Assembly: GCA_965209155.1 (NCBI GenBank) | Contig: OZ242383.1 | Location: forward strand, 2,208,001-2,272,000 | Direction of reading: 5' to 3' | DNA length: 64,000 nucleotides | From: a bacterium | GTDB lineage: Bacteria; SAR324; NAC60-12 | Shown here: in pieces, positions 47,406 to 57,985 of the stretch | How the letters are laid out: each line of letters opens with the position of its first letter | Position numbering within the stretch: the first letter of the stretch is position 1 | The notes under the pieces: model-generated | Told to the model about the DNA's origin: nothing | Database searches by the model: none | What the model saw: the letters and a program-made list of their open reading frames with translations, nothing else | Program-made: the position numbers and the translations under genes

Positions 47406-49757
47406 ATGAGCTTTAAATTCGCAGCAAGAACAATTTTGGAACTTGGTAAAGACCTCATCAGTTCTGACGAGGTCGCTCTGTACGAGTTGATTAAAAACTC
47501 TGTAGATGCGGGTTCACCTCGTATAGAAATTATCGCGAATATCCAGATGCTTCATTCCGATTATTTAAAGATTGTTGCTTTAATTGAGGAAGAGGGAAAG
47601 GAAAATGGAGAGATACTTCGAATCATAAGTAGCTTGTTGATCAATTCTGAAAATGAAAAAGAAGTTGCGTTGATCAGAGAACTTCACGATATTCAAATAA
47701 AACGAAAATTCCTTGAACGGCTGAAAGATAATTACTGCGAGGCGAACTATATTGAGATTCGAGATACTGGCCATGGAATGAGTATTGACGATCTCTCCAA
47801 TATCTTTCTTCATATCGGAACAAGCATTCGACGGAAGGAAAACTTGGCAGGGGCTAGAAATCTCGGCGACAAGGGCGTTGGTCGTCTTTCTGCGATGCGA
47901 TTAGGAAATCGTTTGAATGTCAGAACTACTCGAAGCAATGACCATCATTGGAACCTGTTAGATATCGATTGGACTCTTTTTTCCCATGATGACGATGTTG
48001 ATGCCAATGATATCATCATAGAACCAGAAATCGGGGATAAAAAGGCAGATACTTCTGAACAAGGGACAACAATACGTATCTCTGCCCTGCAGGCTGACTG
48101 GGACTTTGCACGATTCAACGATATTTTTGAAGGACGGGTCGCACGAATGGTCGATCCATTCGATCCCGGCCACGCTAATCGACTCATCGTCGCAAGATAT
48201 AATGGCAAGGAAGTACGGATACCTTCAATTCCACGCCAACTCCTTCAGAAAGCTCATGCCGTTTGCCACTTGGAGTTTCGCATGGAAGGGGAGAATCCGA
48301 TTCTCAAGGGTGAAATCGATTACAAGCTACGGCAAAGGAAACGTCGAATTGACGCCCAGGGTGCGGAGGTATATTCGCTCGTGCAGAAAGCCGTAAAGCG
48401 CCGGGCTAAACGTGGACATGCTGCTTTCAAGCTTATTCCTGAGAAACCTTCCGCATTTAAGAGACTTGGCGATTTCAAGTGCGATATTTACTGGTACAAC
48501 CGCAGAATTATTACTGCAATAGAGGGGTTGACCTCCAATATCGCGGAAACACGAAGTGAGATTTCGAATTGGAGCGGTGGACCAATGCTCTACAGATTTG
48601 GATTCCGCATCCTTCCTTACGGCGATCCCAAGGATGATTGGCTTTCACTTGATGAAACCGCTTTCGGAGAAAGGGGATTCAAACTTAATCGACAGCAAGT
48701 AATTGGACGCATTCTGCTCGAAACGCCGCATAGTGCAATGAGCGAACAGACCAACCGCGAAGGCCTGATTGAGTCAGAGACATATAACGCATTGCAAAAG
48801 GTCTTGTTGTGGGTAGTTCATACGGAGATGCGCGGGCTTATCAACGAAGCAGATGAAATTGAACTTATTGAGCGTCGAGAGGCGGAGCAGAATACGAAGT
48901 CTGTGTCGAACACCCAGAAGCGAGTTGCGGCGGCTTTGAGCCGCTTGCGTGAACGGGTGGGAGATGTGGCAAGTGATCAAATCAACGACCTTACTGCGGG
49001 TGTTGAAAAGCTGAGCGTGCAGTCACAAAACCTTGTCAGGCGCATTGAGGCTGTGATTGAGGAGGCTGATGAAGAAAGGGAGAAATTCGTATATCTGGCG
49101 GGAATTGGCCTGATGACCGAATTCATTTTTCACGAGTTAGAGCGTGCCGTTTCTTACACTATGAATGTAATTGGAAGAGGTACTCTCACACAGATTACAC
49201 TTGATTCCTTGCGGGATCAGTTGAAGACGCTGCACAAGCGAATTGCCGCATTTGACGAGTTGACGGGTGAAAAACGGCAGACGAGATCTAGATTTGATCT
49301 ATTCGAACTCGTAACCAGCATTTTAGAGAACCACTCCCTTGAATTTGAACGGCATCGGATTTCCATTTACTTCGAACGTTCTTCTCGCGCTTATGAAATA
49401 AGAGCCGTGCGTGGTATGGTGATCCAAATTCTCGAAAACTTGATCGTTAACGCTGCATATTGGCTGAAGCAGCAGAAACGCTTTGAGACGCAGTTTGAGC
49501 CGAGTATGACTTTGATTATCGACACTAAGGAAAAAATACTTTCTTTAGAGGATAATGGTCCTGGGGTCATTGAAGACCGCCGGGAGCGAATTTTTCAGCC
49601 ATTTATTACAACGAAGCCGACAGGTCAAGGACGAGGTCTTGGGCTTTACATTGCTCGGGAATTGGCAGAATACCACGGTTGGAAGTTATATATGGACAAC
49701 ACGTTGGGTCGAGTCCGTGATGGAAGAACAAACATGTTCATTCTCAGAATGGGGTAA
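47406..49757 (+). CDS. Soluble hybrid: N-terminal MORC/MutL-type GHKL ATPase plus C-terminal histidine kinase
   Basis: N-term ELIKNSVDA, DTGHGM, GDKGVGR. C-term FHEL, ENLIVNA, DNGPG, FITTK, GRGLGL. No TM segments. Confidence 0.88.
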   Translation: MSFKFAARTILELGKDLISSDEVALYELIKNSVDAGSPRIEIIANIQMLHSDYLKIVALIEEEGKENGEILRIISSLLINSENEKEVALIRELHDIQIKRKFLERLKDNYCEANYIEIRDTGHGMSIDDLSNIFLHIGTSIRRKENLAGARNLGDKGVGRLSAMRLGNRLNVRTTRSNDHHWNLLDIDWTLFSHDDDVDANDIIIEPEIGDKKADTSEQGTTIRISALQADWDFARFNDIFEGRVARMVDPFDPGHANRLIVARYNGKEVRIPSIPRQLLQKAHAVCHLEFRMEGENPILKGEIDYKLRQRKRRIDAQGAEVYSLVQKAVKRRAKRGHAAFKLIPEKPSAFKRLGDFKCDIYWYNRRIITAIEGLTSNIAETRSEISNWSGGPMLYRFGFRILPYGDPKDDWLSLDETAFGERGFKLNRQQVIGRILLETPHSAMSEQTNREGLIESETYNALQKVLLWVVHTEMRGLINEADEIELIERREAEQNTKSVSNTQKRVAAALSRLRERVGDVASDQINDLTAGVEKLSVQSQNLVRRIEAVIEEADEEREKFVYLAGIGLMTEFIFHELERAVSYTMNVIGRGTLTQITLDSLRDQLKTLHKRIAAFDELTGEKRQTRSRFDLFELVTSILENHSLEFERHRISIYFERSSRAYEIRAVRGMVIQILENLIVNAAYWLKQQKRFETQFEPSMTLIIDTKEKILSLEDNGPGVIEDRRERIFQPFITTKPTGQGRGLGLYIARELAEYHGWKLYMDNTLGRVRDGRTNMFILRMG

Positions 49758-49759
49758 CG

Positions 49760-51694
49760 ATGGAAAACGAGAGTAGAATAATCGAGGCATTTAAATTGAA
49801 TCAGATTAATAAAATTTTATTGATAGACGACGCGTATGATTCTCCTGACATAAATAACAGTAACGTCAACTCGATTCTTAATTATCTGGAAAGTCACGAC
49901 GGTCATGAAGCATGTATCAGTATAGGAATAGATGAGAACAAAATAGAGTCTGCAATTAAGGCAGCACAGGAGGGTGATCTTGAAAACAATGAGTTAAATG
50001 AAATTTATTGTACCCTTTATGATAAATATATTCGAACCGAAGATGGAAAGTTTGATCCAGGTACTCATTTTATGACACTGAAAGGGGCATCTCTCGCCGC
50101 ACTGAAGCCGCTTTGTGCTCTTTTGAGAAAATGCGGAAATAAGATGGAAGTACGGACTGTTGGTCTAAATGCAGACATGAAAAAAAATCTGCAATTTCGA
50201 CCGCAGGTCCTGTTTCTTGACTATTATCTTGAAAGAGATATACAAGTTGGCAGGCTGGGAGAGGCACGGAAAGCTTCACTGGAGTTACTTAAGAAATTTG
50301 TGAGTCCAGAAATAGGGGAGGACATTCCTGCCATTGTCTTAATGTCATCAAAAAATATCGAGGATGTAGAGGAATATCGTCACGACGTAGGGGGAGATCA
50401 AATTCTGTCTCTTCGATTTGGTTTTTTAAAAAAGGAATTCGTTCAGCAAAACAATAGTGGATTTGAAATAAAACATGAAACAGCCAATGTGCTCTTGGAT
50501 ATGAGCCAAGGTTATCTTTTTGGAAGAATGCTCCAACAAGCATTGAATGAGTGGAAGAAAGGTACCAAATTGGCGTTTAACACCTTCATGAAGGAGGTTG
50601 CAGATCTTCACACTAAGGACTTTGCTTACCTGCTGAGATTCAGACTTAGGGAAGAAGGACAGCCGCTAAGCGAATATTTGGAATGGCTCTTTGGCGAATG
50701 CTTGAAGGGACTTATTGGTGAGAAAGTGGACTGGAATCATTCATCATTTTTGGAATTAGATAGTGAAAAGGAACTTGAGGAAAAAATAGAAGGTGCATTT
50801 GAAGGTCCCTCAGTCCAGATTGCGAAATTTTTCCATCGCGTCAGAATCAACAATCGAAAATCCTGTACAAGTAAAGGATACAGGTTAGGAGATATCTATG
50901 GACAACTCGAGGAAAAACAGATTCGAACAGTCGTTACGCCAGATTGTGATTTGATCGTTCGAAGGGGAAAAACCAAGGTCAATAGTGTCTTGACGATGGG
51001 AGGGATGCTCAAGCAGTTTGATACAGAAGATTCAATTGCCGATGAGTTTTTCATCCTTGAAAATCAGCCATACTGCATGAAATGGAATCCGAAGGACCTT
51101 CAAACCTATCCGGCCGAAGGGGAGGAATCTCTCCAACAAATTGATAATCTTCAGTTTCTTGGGACGTTGCGCCCATTGTACGCACAAGGGATTCAACGTC
51201 GTGCATTGTCGGACCTTTCTCGAATTGGATTTCCTGTGGCACCAGCTCTTGGAATTAATGCCACTGTGACGGCATGGATACGGACAAAGAATGACAAAAA
51301 GCCTTTTGAACCGATCGACATAAATGCGTCAGATCTCGCTACCATTATCCCCAGCCGAGGCGGGCAGCGGAGTGGGCATAGAGTCTTGTTGCGACGTGGG
51401 TTCTTTAACGAACTAATCGACTATCTTTACTGTCTACAGAAGAGCAAACCGGTCAACATAGATGCCGACGCAAAATGTCTTTATAGTATCCTTCGGAAGG
51501 GGGGGATCGATGACTTTCGTAAGGAGTTTCTTCAAAAGGGAGCGCTGACTAAAGGCAAAGGAAAATTTGGGACTGGTTTGGTACTTGACTCAAGTCCAAA
51601 TATCAAGCAGAATGCCCCATGGTTGCAGATCACCGTAACGGTCAAAGATGAAGTCAAGGAGGAGCTTCTTACAATTGATCCATTGGATTCTTAA
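49760..51694 (+). CDS. Large response-regulator receiver-domain protein with unknown output domain
   Basis: LLIDDA, LFLDYYL, VLMSS receiver motifs with a long insert, VVTPDCDL. Starts 2 nt after the kinase stop. Confidence 0.75.
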   Translation: MENESRIIEAFKLNQINKILLIDDAYDSPDINNSNVNSILNYLESHDGHEACISIGIDENKIESAIKAAQEGDLENNELNEIYCTLYDKYIRTEDGKFDPGTHFMTLKGASLAALKPLCALLRKCGNKMEVRTVGLNADMKKNLQFRPQVLFLDYYLERDIQVGRLGEARKASLELLKKFVSPEIGEDIPAIVLMSSKNIEDVEEYRHDVGGDQILSLRFGFLKKEFVQQNNSGFEIKHETANVLLDMSQGYLFGRMLQQALNEWKKGTKLAFNTFMKEVADLHTKDFAYLLRFRLREEGQPLSEYLEWLFGECLKGLIGEKVDWNHSSFLELDSEKELEEKIEGAFEGPSVQIAKFFHRVRINNRKSCTSKGYRLGDIYGQLEEKQIRTVVTPDCDLIVRRGKTKVNSVLTMGGMLKQFDTEDSIADEFFILENQPYCMKWNPKDLQTYPAEGEESLQQIDNLQFLGTLRPLYAQGIQRRALSDLSRIGFPVAPALGINATVTAWIRTKNDKKPFEPIDINASDLATIIPSRGGQRSGHRVLLRRGFFNELIDYLYCLQKSKPVNIDADAKCLYSILRKGGIDDFRKEFLQKGALTKGKGKFGTGLVLDSSPNIKQNAPWLQITVTVKDEVKEELLTIDPLDS

Positions 51695-51756
51695 CACATC
51701 TGAATTGTACCGAATTCATACGATTCCTAAAAAAAATTTCTAACAACTTACTCGAT

Positions 51757-53538
51757 CCTAAATTGAGCGATTCTTTTCAAGAATAGGATTTTTTAGATGA
51801 TTTTTGCGCCCAAGGAATCGAATCATTGAGATATCAGAATTTGATGATCCAATTCGTGGAACTTTGGGTCAGAATGAGCCTCAAGATGATGATTTCGTCT
51901 GCGGGGAATCTTCATTTCTCATGCAGTGGACACACTCATCCTTTTACACTTCAAAATTACACTTCAAAAAGATTTTATTTCTGCGAACCCCGTTGTTCAG
52001 ATGGGCACCAACGATTGCCGGCATGTGCTAAACAGTCAATCCAACTGTAAGCGCTCAAAAGTAGTTTTGGGTACTTTCAAGAACAGTTTTCCGGCATGAC
52101 GAACCAGTTTGTCTGCCGTGTCAAAAAACTGACGTCGGAAGGTATCAGCATAGACTGATATCGAAATAACCGGCTCACTGACATCTTCTTTGAAGGCTTC
52201 GAAGAGGTTATTGCCAACCAGCATAAGATAGTACCATGCGGTATTGGAAATGAAGTTCTTGAAGGGCAGTTGTTCATGACCAAAATTTTTCAGCGCCCGG
52301 TTGGCCAGTTCATCATTTCCCCGTCCGTGATAGGAGGCAAGGATGTGGTGAGCATTGATCCGCTTTTCTTCAGCCACTTGGCGGAGTTGCTCATCAATGG
52401 CGCTTCCCATACCAAGGTTCGTAATAATCACACCATCATGTTCCAAACCCGGCAAAGAGAGTTGCTTATCGTGTTCAATCAGGCGACTGTAGATCATGCG
52501 CCGAGCCTTCTTCTATGTCCCCTGCCGACTCATAAACTCGGTGAATTGCCAGATCTTCCTCTTACCCGAAGAAGTGAAAGTCTGCCAGTCCGTGGCTTTT
52601 TCAGCAGCATGCTTCACATTGGCATAGGACTTTCCTCCACAGAGATAACCGATGTTCAGTCCTTCACAGCTCTCAAAGAGTTTCTGGTCAAAAAAGCAGC
52701 GTCCATCCGTACCAGAATCGGTACATCCTCTCGGAAATCGCGGCGGATCTTTTTCACGACATGAACCAGCATCTTCTCCGCCGTTTTCACATGATTCGAA
52801 TGTTTGCTGCCTCCACGAAAAACGGTGTCCACCATATAACGACCCCAATTCATCTGCAGGGGATGAAATCCCCTGACTTTCTTGTAAGTCGGCTGAACTC
52901 CCTGGCGTTTCAGGGCATCATCATTGTCCAGTACCATCGAATCCAAACCCAACTCAATCACCGCGCGACGAGTCTGCTTCAGTCTCCAGATGAACAGCTT
53001 CTGCAGCAGATGACGAAAGAGGTAGACTTGCACAAAAGAGAACTTTGTAAAAAATCTTTTCACCGCATGCGAGGCGGCAAGCTCTTCCTGACGGCATGCC
53101 AGCAACGCGGCATAACTCTCGTCTCTTTTGAGATGATCGAACCAGCTGAGGCGACGGCTGCTGCCGTCCATGAAAAAACAAAGTATCTGCAAAAAGAAAT
53201 CAGTGACCACAATCCCTTTTTTGTGTTTACGCATCGAAGCAAACATCTTCTCCAGGACCGGCATCAGTTGAATGCTTTGCAGATACTGGGCAAACAAGGC
53301 CAATCCGGTACGACTTGTCAAGTGTTCATCTCTTGGTTCAATTGCATCAATTTTCTGTTTCTTTTTATCCTGAACTGTTGTATCTTTCTCCATGAAGCTC
53401 TCTACATGTTGGGTTGTGTAAGATATTGTGGAAATTTTAGGTTTACCCACTGAAATATCACACTTTTTCCAAAAGGTGGAGAGCTTTTTTTATTATAAAT
53501 CGCTCAACTTAAAATTAAATACAATCAGAAAATTCAGG
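51757..53538 (-). mobile_element. IS1380-family element with disrupted transposase
   Basis: LTSRTGL, LDSMV, PTYKKVRGFHPL, VRMDA, YHGRGNDE, NTAWYY split over three ORFs (frameshift near 52695, TAG at 52513). Imperfect ends CCTGAATTTTCTGATT / CCTAAATTGAGCGATT. Confidence 0.85.
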
Positions 53539-53548
53539 AAACACTCTT

Positions 53549-56500
53549 ATGGATCACACACATATCGTTCAGGCAGGTGATCTCGCACGATATGCCGATA
53601 CCCGAGCAAGTCAAGCGGTCATTCCAGAACTCGTATTTCATCTAGTACAACAATCCGTTCCTGACGCAACGGTGTGCCGTATTCCCTATGGGGACATGAT
53701 AAACCAAACAGGTTGGGACGGCCTTGTCGAATCCGAGAGCGGTTATCCAGTGTATGTCCCCAAGGGACGTTCCTATTGGGAAATCGGAACTGGGACAAAT
53801 CCGCAGTCAAAGGCCAACAAAGACATCAAAAAGCGAACAATAAAGCTCACAGACCTTGAACGAGCCAATTCGTCTTTTATATTTGTGACACCCCATTTAT
53901 GGAGAGAACCGGAACAAACCGAGTGGATCAATAGGCAAGAAAATCAAGGATGGAAGCGAATCCAGATTATTGATGGCGTCAAGCTTGCCGATTGGTTGCG
54001 GGAGTTTCCTGCCCTTGGTCGCTGGATAGCGAAAAAAGTGGGGATCACTTCCAGTTTAGGTGGAATTTTTACTCCAATGGAACATTGGGAATTGATTCTT
54101 TCGCAAGGTGATAAAAGCGATCCACACCTTCCTCCGACATTGTTCACAATTTCACGGAAAAATGCGTGCGACGCTCTTGAAACCGTGTTCAGGGGTGAGG
54201 CAATGCGTTTGCTTTTATTTGCAGAAAGCGAGCACGATGTAGATGACTTCGTCTCTGCATATCTTGCTACACTGGATAAAGCCAAGTCGAGCGAGTTCTC
54301 CAATCGCTGCCTGTTTATTAGCGAAGAGGACGCGTGGCGGTCTGTCGTTTTAGCGCGGCGGTCACATGTCCTCGTCGCAAACCCGCGATTGGATCTGGAT
54401 TCTGAGAACCAGGATCTCCAAACCGTTGCCACAAGCAAAGGGCACGCGGTAGTAATTCCCCTATGCGGGGCGTGGTCAGGGGGAAACCATGAAATCATCA
54501 AACTAAGAAGCCCCTCTCGAGTCCAGATTGAAAATGTTCTCAAGGATGCAGGTTTCTCAATAATTCGAGCGAGAGAACTCGCTGGTATCGGGGACGGACT
54601 TATTTCAGCTCTGAAACGAAATTTACTTGGCCTGGGAACTCTGCCACCGTATGCCACGTGGAACAATGCCCGACAGTTCGCACAAGCAAGACTCGCCGGA
54701 CAATGGGACGGTACAAACAAGGCTGATAAAGAAGCAATGGAGAAACTGTCGGGAAAAGATTATGGGGAGTGGATCGAGACTCTGAGAACTAATGCGATAC
54801 GCTCGGACTCTCCCCTAGTTCAACATAATGCTAAATGGAAATTCGTTGCATGTGGTGAAGCATGGAATGCGTTGGGAAACCGGGTCACAGATGATGATCT
54901 CGATCGACTTCAGCAAACGGCGATTATGGTTCTTGGGGAACGAGATCCACAGTTTGATTTACCGAAAGAAGAGCGATGGGCTGCTGGCATTCATGGTAAG
55001 AGCTTGAAACACTCCGATTTTCTCAGGCAAGGATTAGCCGAAACAATGGCTTTAGTGGGAAGCCGACCCGAAGCTCTTTCTCATTGCTCCATCGGCAAGG
55101 CAGAAAACATCACTATTTCTGTTGTTCGACAGTTACTGTATGGAGCGAGCTGGGAACGTTGGGCGAGTCTGGGTTCACATCTGCCTCTTTTAGCAGAAGC
55201 AGCCCCCGACGAGTTTTTAAATGCTGTCGAAACCGCCTTGGAAAATCTTGACGAGACTCCTTTTCATGAGATCTTTTCTCAAGCAGGAAGTGGTGGGTTT
55301 GGTGGTGGTAACTATATGGTCGGCCTTCTGTGGGCGTTGGAGTCCCTCGCATGGAATCCAGATTACCTTTCACAGGTTGCGGTTATCCTTGCCGACATCG
55401 GATCGATCGATCCTGGAGGAAACTGGGCGAACCGCCCGAAATACTCATTGGTAAATATCTTTCTTCCCTGGCACGCTCAGACCACTGCATCCTTTGAAAA
55501 GCGCTTGCTAGCTATAAAAACTGTCCTTGACGAACAGCCAACAGTAGGCTGGAAGCTTCTCATGGCCCTGCTGCCACACAACCACGGAGTGACGAACGGA
55601 TGCCATCGACCAATTTGGCGGAACTATATTCCTCGAGATTGGAAGGAAGGCGTCTCTCGAAGAGAGTATTGTGAACAGATCACAGTTTTTGCCAAGCTTG
55701 CGATTGAACTTGCGAAGGAAGATGCTGAGAAATTGGGTGAGTTGATTACTCATCTGCCGGATTTGCCTAAAACTGCCCAGGAATGCTTTCTTAGCCACCT
55801 CGTATCGAAAAAAATAGTGAAGCTGTCCGAATCCGAGCGGTTTCCATTCTGGGAAAAATTTCAGAATTTGGTGCAATTACACAGAAAATACGCTGACGCT
55901 GCATGGGCACTTCCCAAGGACATTATCCTAAAGATTGAAGAAGCTGCAAACTCTCTGACACCAAAAGCACCAGAGTTGAAATTTCAGCCTCTTTTCAGTG
56001 GTAGGGATTCAGTTCTGCTCAAGGAAAAGGGTAATTACGACGAGCAACGAAAGCACCTCGACGAAGTTCGACAAGCTGCTGTCAAGACCATTCTTGAAGC
56101 AGGAGGCTTAGCCTCAGTGCTTACATTTGCACAAAACGTGTCAGTCCCGTATGAGGTTGGACGAGCTCTGGGAACCGTAGGTACCAAGAAACTTGAGGAC
56201 GAGATTTTACCTTCCCATCTAAATGCTGAAACCGAAACGGTGAACCATGTTGTAGCTGGCTTCGTATGGGCACGGTATTGGGAACTTAAGTGGACTTGGG
56301 TTGATGCAGTTCTCGGAAGGGGTTGGAGTATAAAACAAAAAGCTGCATTCCTGACACTGTTGCCTTTTAAAGATGAAACCTGGAGTCGAGTCTTCAAACA
56401 TTTGGGTGAACAAGATGAAGAGCTTTATTGGAGGGACGTGAAAGTACATCTGTATGAACCCGATTGTGATTTGACGATTGTGATCAAAAAACTGCTCGAA

Positions 56501-57346
56501 CATGAACGACCGGCTAACGCCCTACAATGCGTTTCCAGAACTGTAAACGACGAAAGACGATTCGACGAGGCCCTTGCTACACGTACACTTCTAGCCGTAC
56601 TTGATACACCGTTGATGATTAAGCAAGTGGACTACTACGAGGTGATCGAACTAATCAAACGTCTCCAGAAAACACCAGATGTCGATCAGGAGACGCTATT
56701 CAAAATCGAATGGAATTTTCTTCCTTGGTTAGACCAATTCTCCTCTGGTTCCCCAGTCACTCTTGAAAGTCGACTTGCTTCTGATCCTGACTTCTTTGCT
56801 GAAATTATAAAGCTCGTTTTTCGTTCGCAGAACCCCGAGAAGGAAGAGGCTGAACCGGATGAACAAAAGCAAAACCTTGCAGACAGAGCTTACGACCTTC
56901 TGGTAGCATGGAAAAGGTGTCCCGGTATGTTAGCCGACGGTTCGTTTGATGTCGATTCCTTCAATAACTGGATTAATGAGGCACGAAGAATTACAAAAGT
57001 AACAGGGCATTGGAATGTTGCACAATTTCAAATTGGTCACGTATTAACACATGCATGTGAGGATCCTAACGAACTTTGGATTCACGAGGCTGTTGCCAAG
57101 GTATTGAACAGAAGAGATTCGGAGAAGATGCGTTCTGGGTTCACCTCGGAACTTTTCAACCAAAGAGGAGTTTACCTCTATACTGCTGGAACGGGAGAAA
57201 AAAAACTCGCGCAAAGGTATCGCGAGAAGGCTGATGCTCTCGACGCCAAGAAATTTTCACGTTTTGCAACTGCCATGCGTCAGTTCGCAGAAGTCTACGA
57301 GCGACAATCCATTCGTGAAGCTGAACTCGGTCCTTTTAATGGTTAA
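53549..57346 (+). CDS. Large (1265 aa) hypothetical protein with a putative restriction-endonuclease-fold N-terminus and long helical C-terminus
   Basis: GWDGLV...WEIGT...KANKD...FIFVTP pattern is PD-(D/E)xK-like. Trp-rich helical remainder (LPLLAEAAP, LLWALESLAW, IFLPW). Confidence 0.7.
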   Translation: MDHTHIVQAGDLARYADTRASQAVIPELVFHLVQQSVPDATVCRIPYGDMINQTGWDGLVESESGYPVYVPKGRSYWEIGTGTNPQSKANKDIKKRTIKLTDLERANSSFIFVTPHLWREPEQTEWINRQENQGWKRIQIIDGVKLADWLREFPALGRWIAKKVGITSSLGGIFTPMEHWELILSQGDKSDPHLPPTLFTISRKNACDALETVFRGEAMRLLLFAESEHDVDDFVSAYLATLDKAKSSEFSNRCLFISEEDAWRSVVLARRSHVLVANPRLDLDSENQDLQTVATSKGHAVVIPLCGAWSGGNHEIIKLRSPSRVQIENVLKDAGFSIIRARELAGIGDGLISALKRNLLGLGTLPPYATWNNARQFAQARLAGQWDGTNKADKEAMEKLSGKDYGEWIETLRTNAIRSDSPLVQHNAKWKFVACGEAWNALGNRVTDDDLDRLQQTAIMVLGERDPQFDLPKEERWAAGIHGKSLKHSDFLRQGLAETMALVGSRPEALSHCSIGKAENITISVVRQLLYGASWERWASLGSHLPLLAEAAPDEFLNAVETALENLDETPFHEIFSQAGSGGFGGGNYMVGLLWALESLAWNPDYLSQVAVILADIGSIDPGGNWANRPKYSLVNIFLPWHAQTTASFEKRLLAIKTVLDEQPTVGWKLLMALLPHNHGVTNGCHRPIWRNYIPRDWKEGVSRREYCEQITVFAKLAIELAKEDAEKLGELITHLPDLPKTAQECFLSHLVSKKIVKLSESERFPFWEKFQNLVQLHRKYADAAWALPKDIILKIEEAANSLTPKAPELKFQPLFSGRDSVLLKEKGNYDEQRKHLDEVRQAAVKTILEAGGLASVLTFAQNVSVPYEVGRALGTVGTKKLEDEILPSHLNAETETVNHVVAGFVWARYWELKWTWVDAVLGRGWSIKQKAAFLTLLPFKDETWSRVFKHLGEQDEELYWRDVKVHLYEPDCDLTIVIKKLLEHERPANALQCVSRTVNDERRFDEALATRTLLAVLDTPLMIKQVDYYEVIELIKRLQKTPDVDQETLFKIEWNFLPWLDQFSSGSPVTLESRLASDPDFFAEIIKLVFRSQNPEKEEAEPDEQKQNLADRAYDLLVAWKRCPGMLADGSFDVDSFNNWINEARRITKVTGHWNVAQFQIGHVLTHACEDPNELWIHEAVAKVLNRRDSEKMRSGFTSELFNQRGVYLYTAGTGEKKLAQRYREKADALDAKKFSRFATAMRQFAEVYERQSIREAELGPFNG

Positions 57347-57688
57347 TACAATATCGCGAAAAATAGATGCCCACTCCCACTGAACAATAAACCGTGCAGG
57401 GTCGTATTCCGGAATTCGTGAAGGAGATTGGATGGGCTATCTTGCTATGGGCCAAGGCGGAGTGGAGGCGGGGGAGACGGAAGCTCCGGAGGAGTTGGCA
57501 AGGTTTCGTAGTACTTCGACGACCTTCTCTGACATGCCGACCAAGGTCAACGAACGATCCAACGTTTTCGTGATGATCGGCGAAGCGCACCGTACCCCCC
57601 TGAGACCAATGACCTGAATGGAGTCTTGTCGAATACAACGGCCTGTGATAATCTCATTGTCTTTATGCTTGAGCCAGCTAATTATTTA

Positions 57689-57884
57689 ACCTGAGTTCGA
57701 GATAAGCATTTAATAAATTCAATATGTTATGGAATCTTCATATCTTAGAGAAACTGTGTCATTCCTACGAAAGCAGGAATCCAGAGGTAGGCAGCCAGAC
57801 TGAAATCTGGATTCCGGGTCTTCGCCCGGAATGACATATACACCAGGATACTCATATTATTAAATTCTTATTTCGAACTCAGGT
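57689..57884. mobile_element. 196-bp IS982-type MITE with 6-bp target duplication and internal REP-like palindrome pair
   Basis: 28-bp TIRs ACCTGAGTTCGAGATAAGCATTTAATAA / TTATTAAATTCTTATTTCGAACTCAGGT (2 mismatches), TATTTA on both sides. Internal GTCATTCC..GGAATCCAG and CTGGATTCC..GGAATGAC. Confidence 0.85.
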
Positions 57885-57985
57885 TATTTACACGGAGTAT
57901 CCCTCTTTTCATTTCATTCGGGCAGAATGAGCCCCTTTCCACCACCGGAAATAGCAGAGAACCTTTTACTGTGAGGAAGGACGTC

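Larger units (their letters stand above)
40270..57890. mobile_element. Defence-type genomic island between lolC/E and aspS
   Basis: Visibly AT-richer than the flanks, with gene fragments at the left edge, an IS1380 and a MITE. No integrase or att repeats recognised. Confidence 0.65.

Noticed and set aside
16726..52515. Amber recoding suggested by TAG at expected Trp positions (16726 and 52513)
   Set aside because: Both are single TGG-to-TAG transitions, one in an already broken transposase. TAG is a normal stop for pgi and other genes here.
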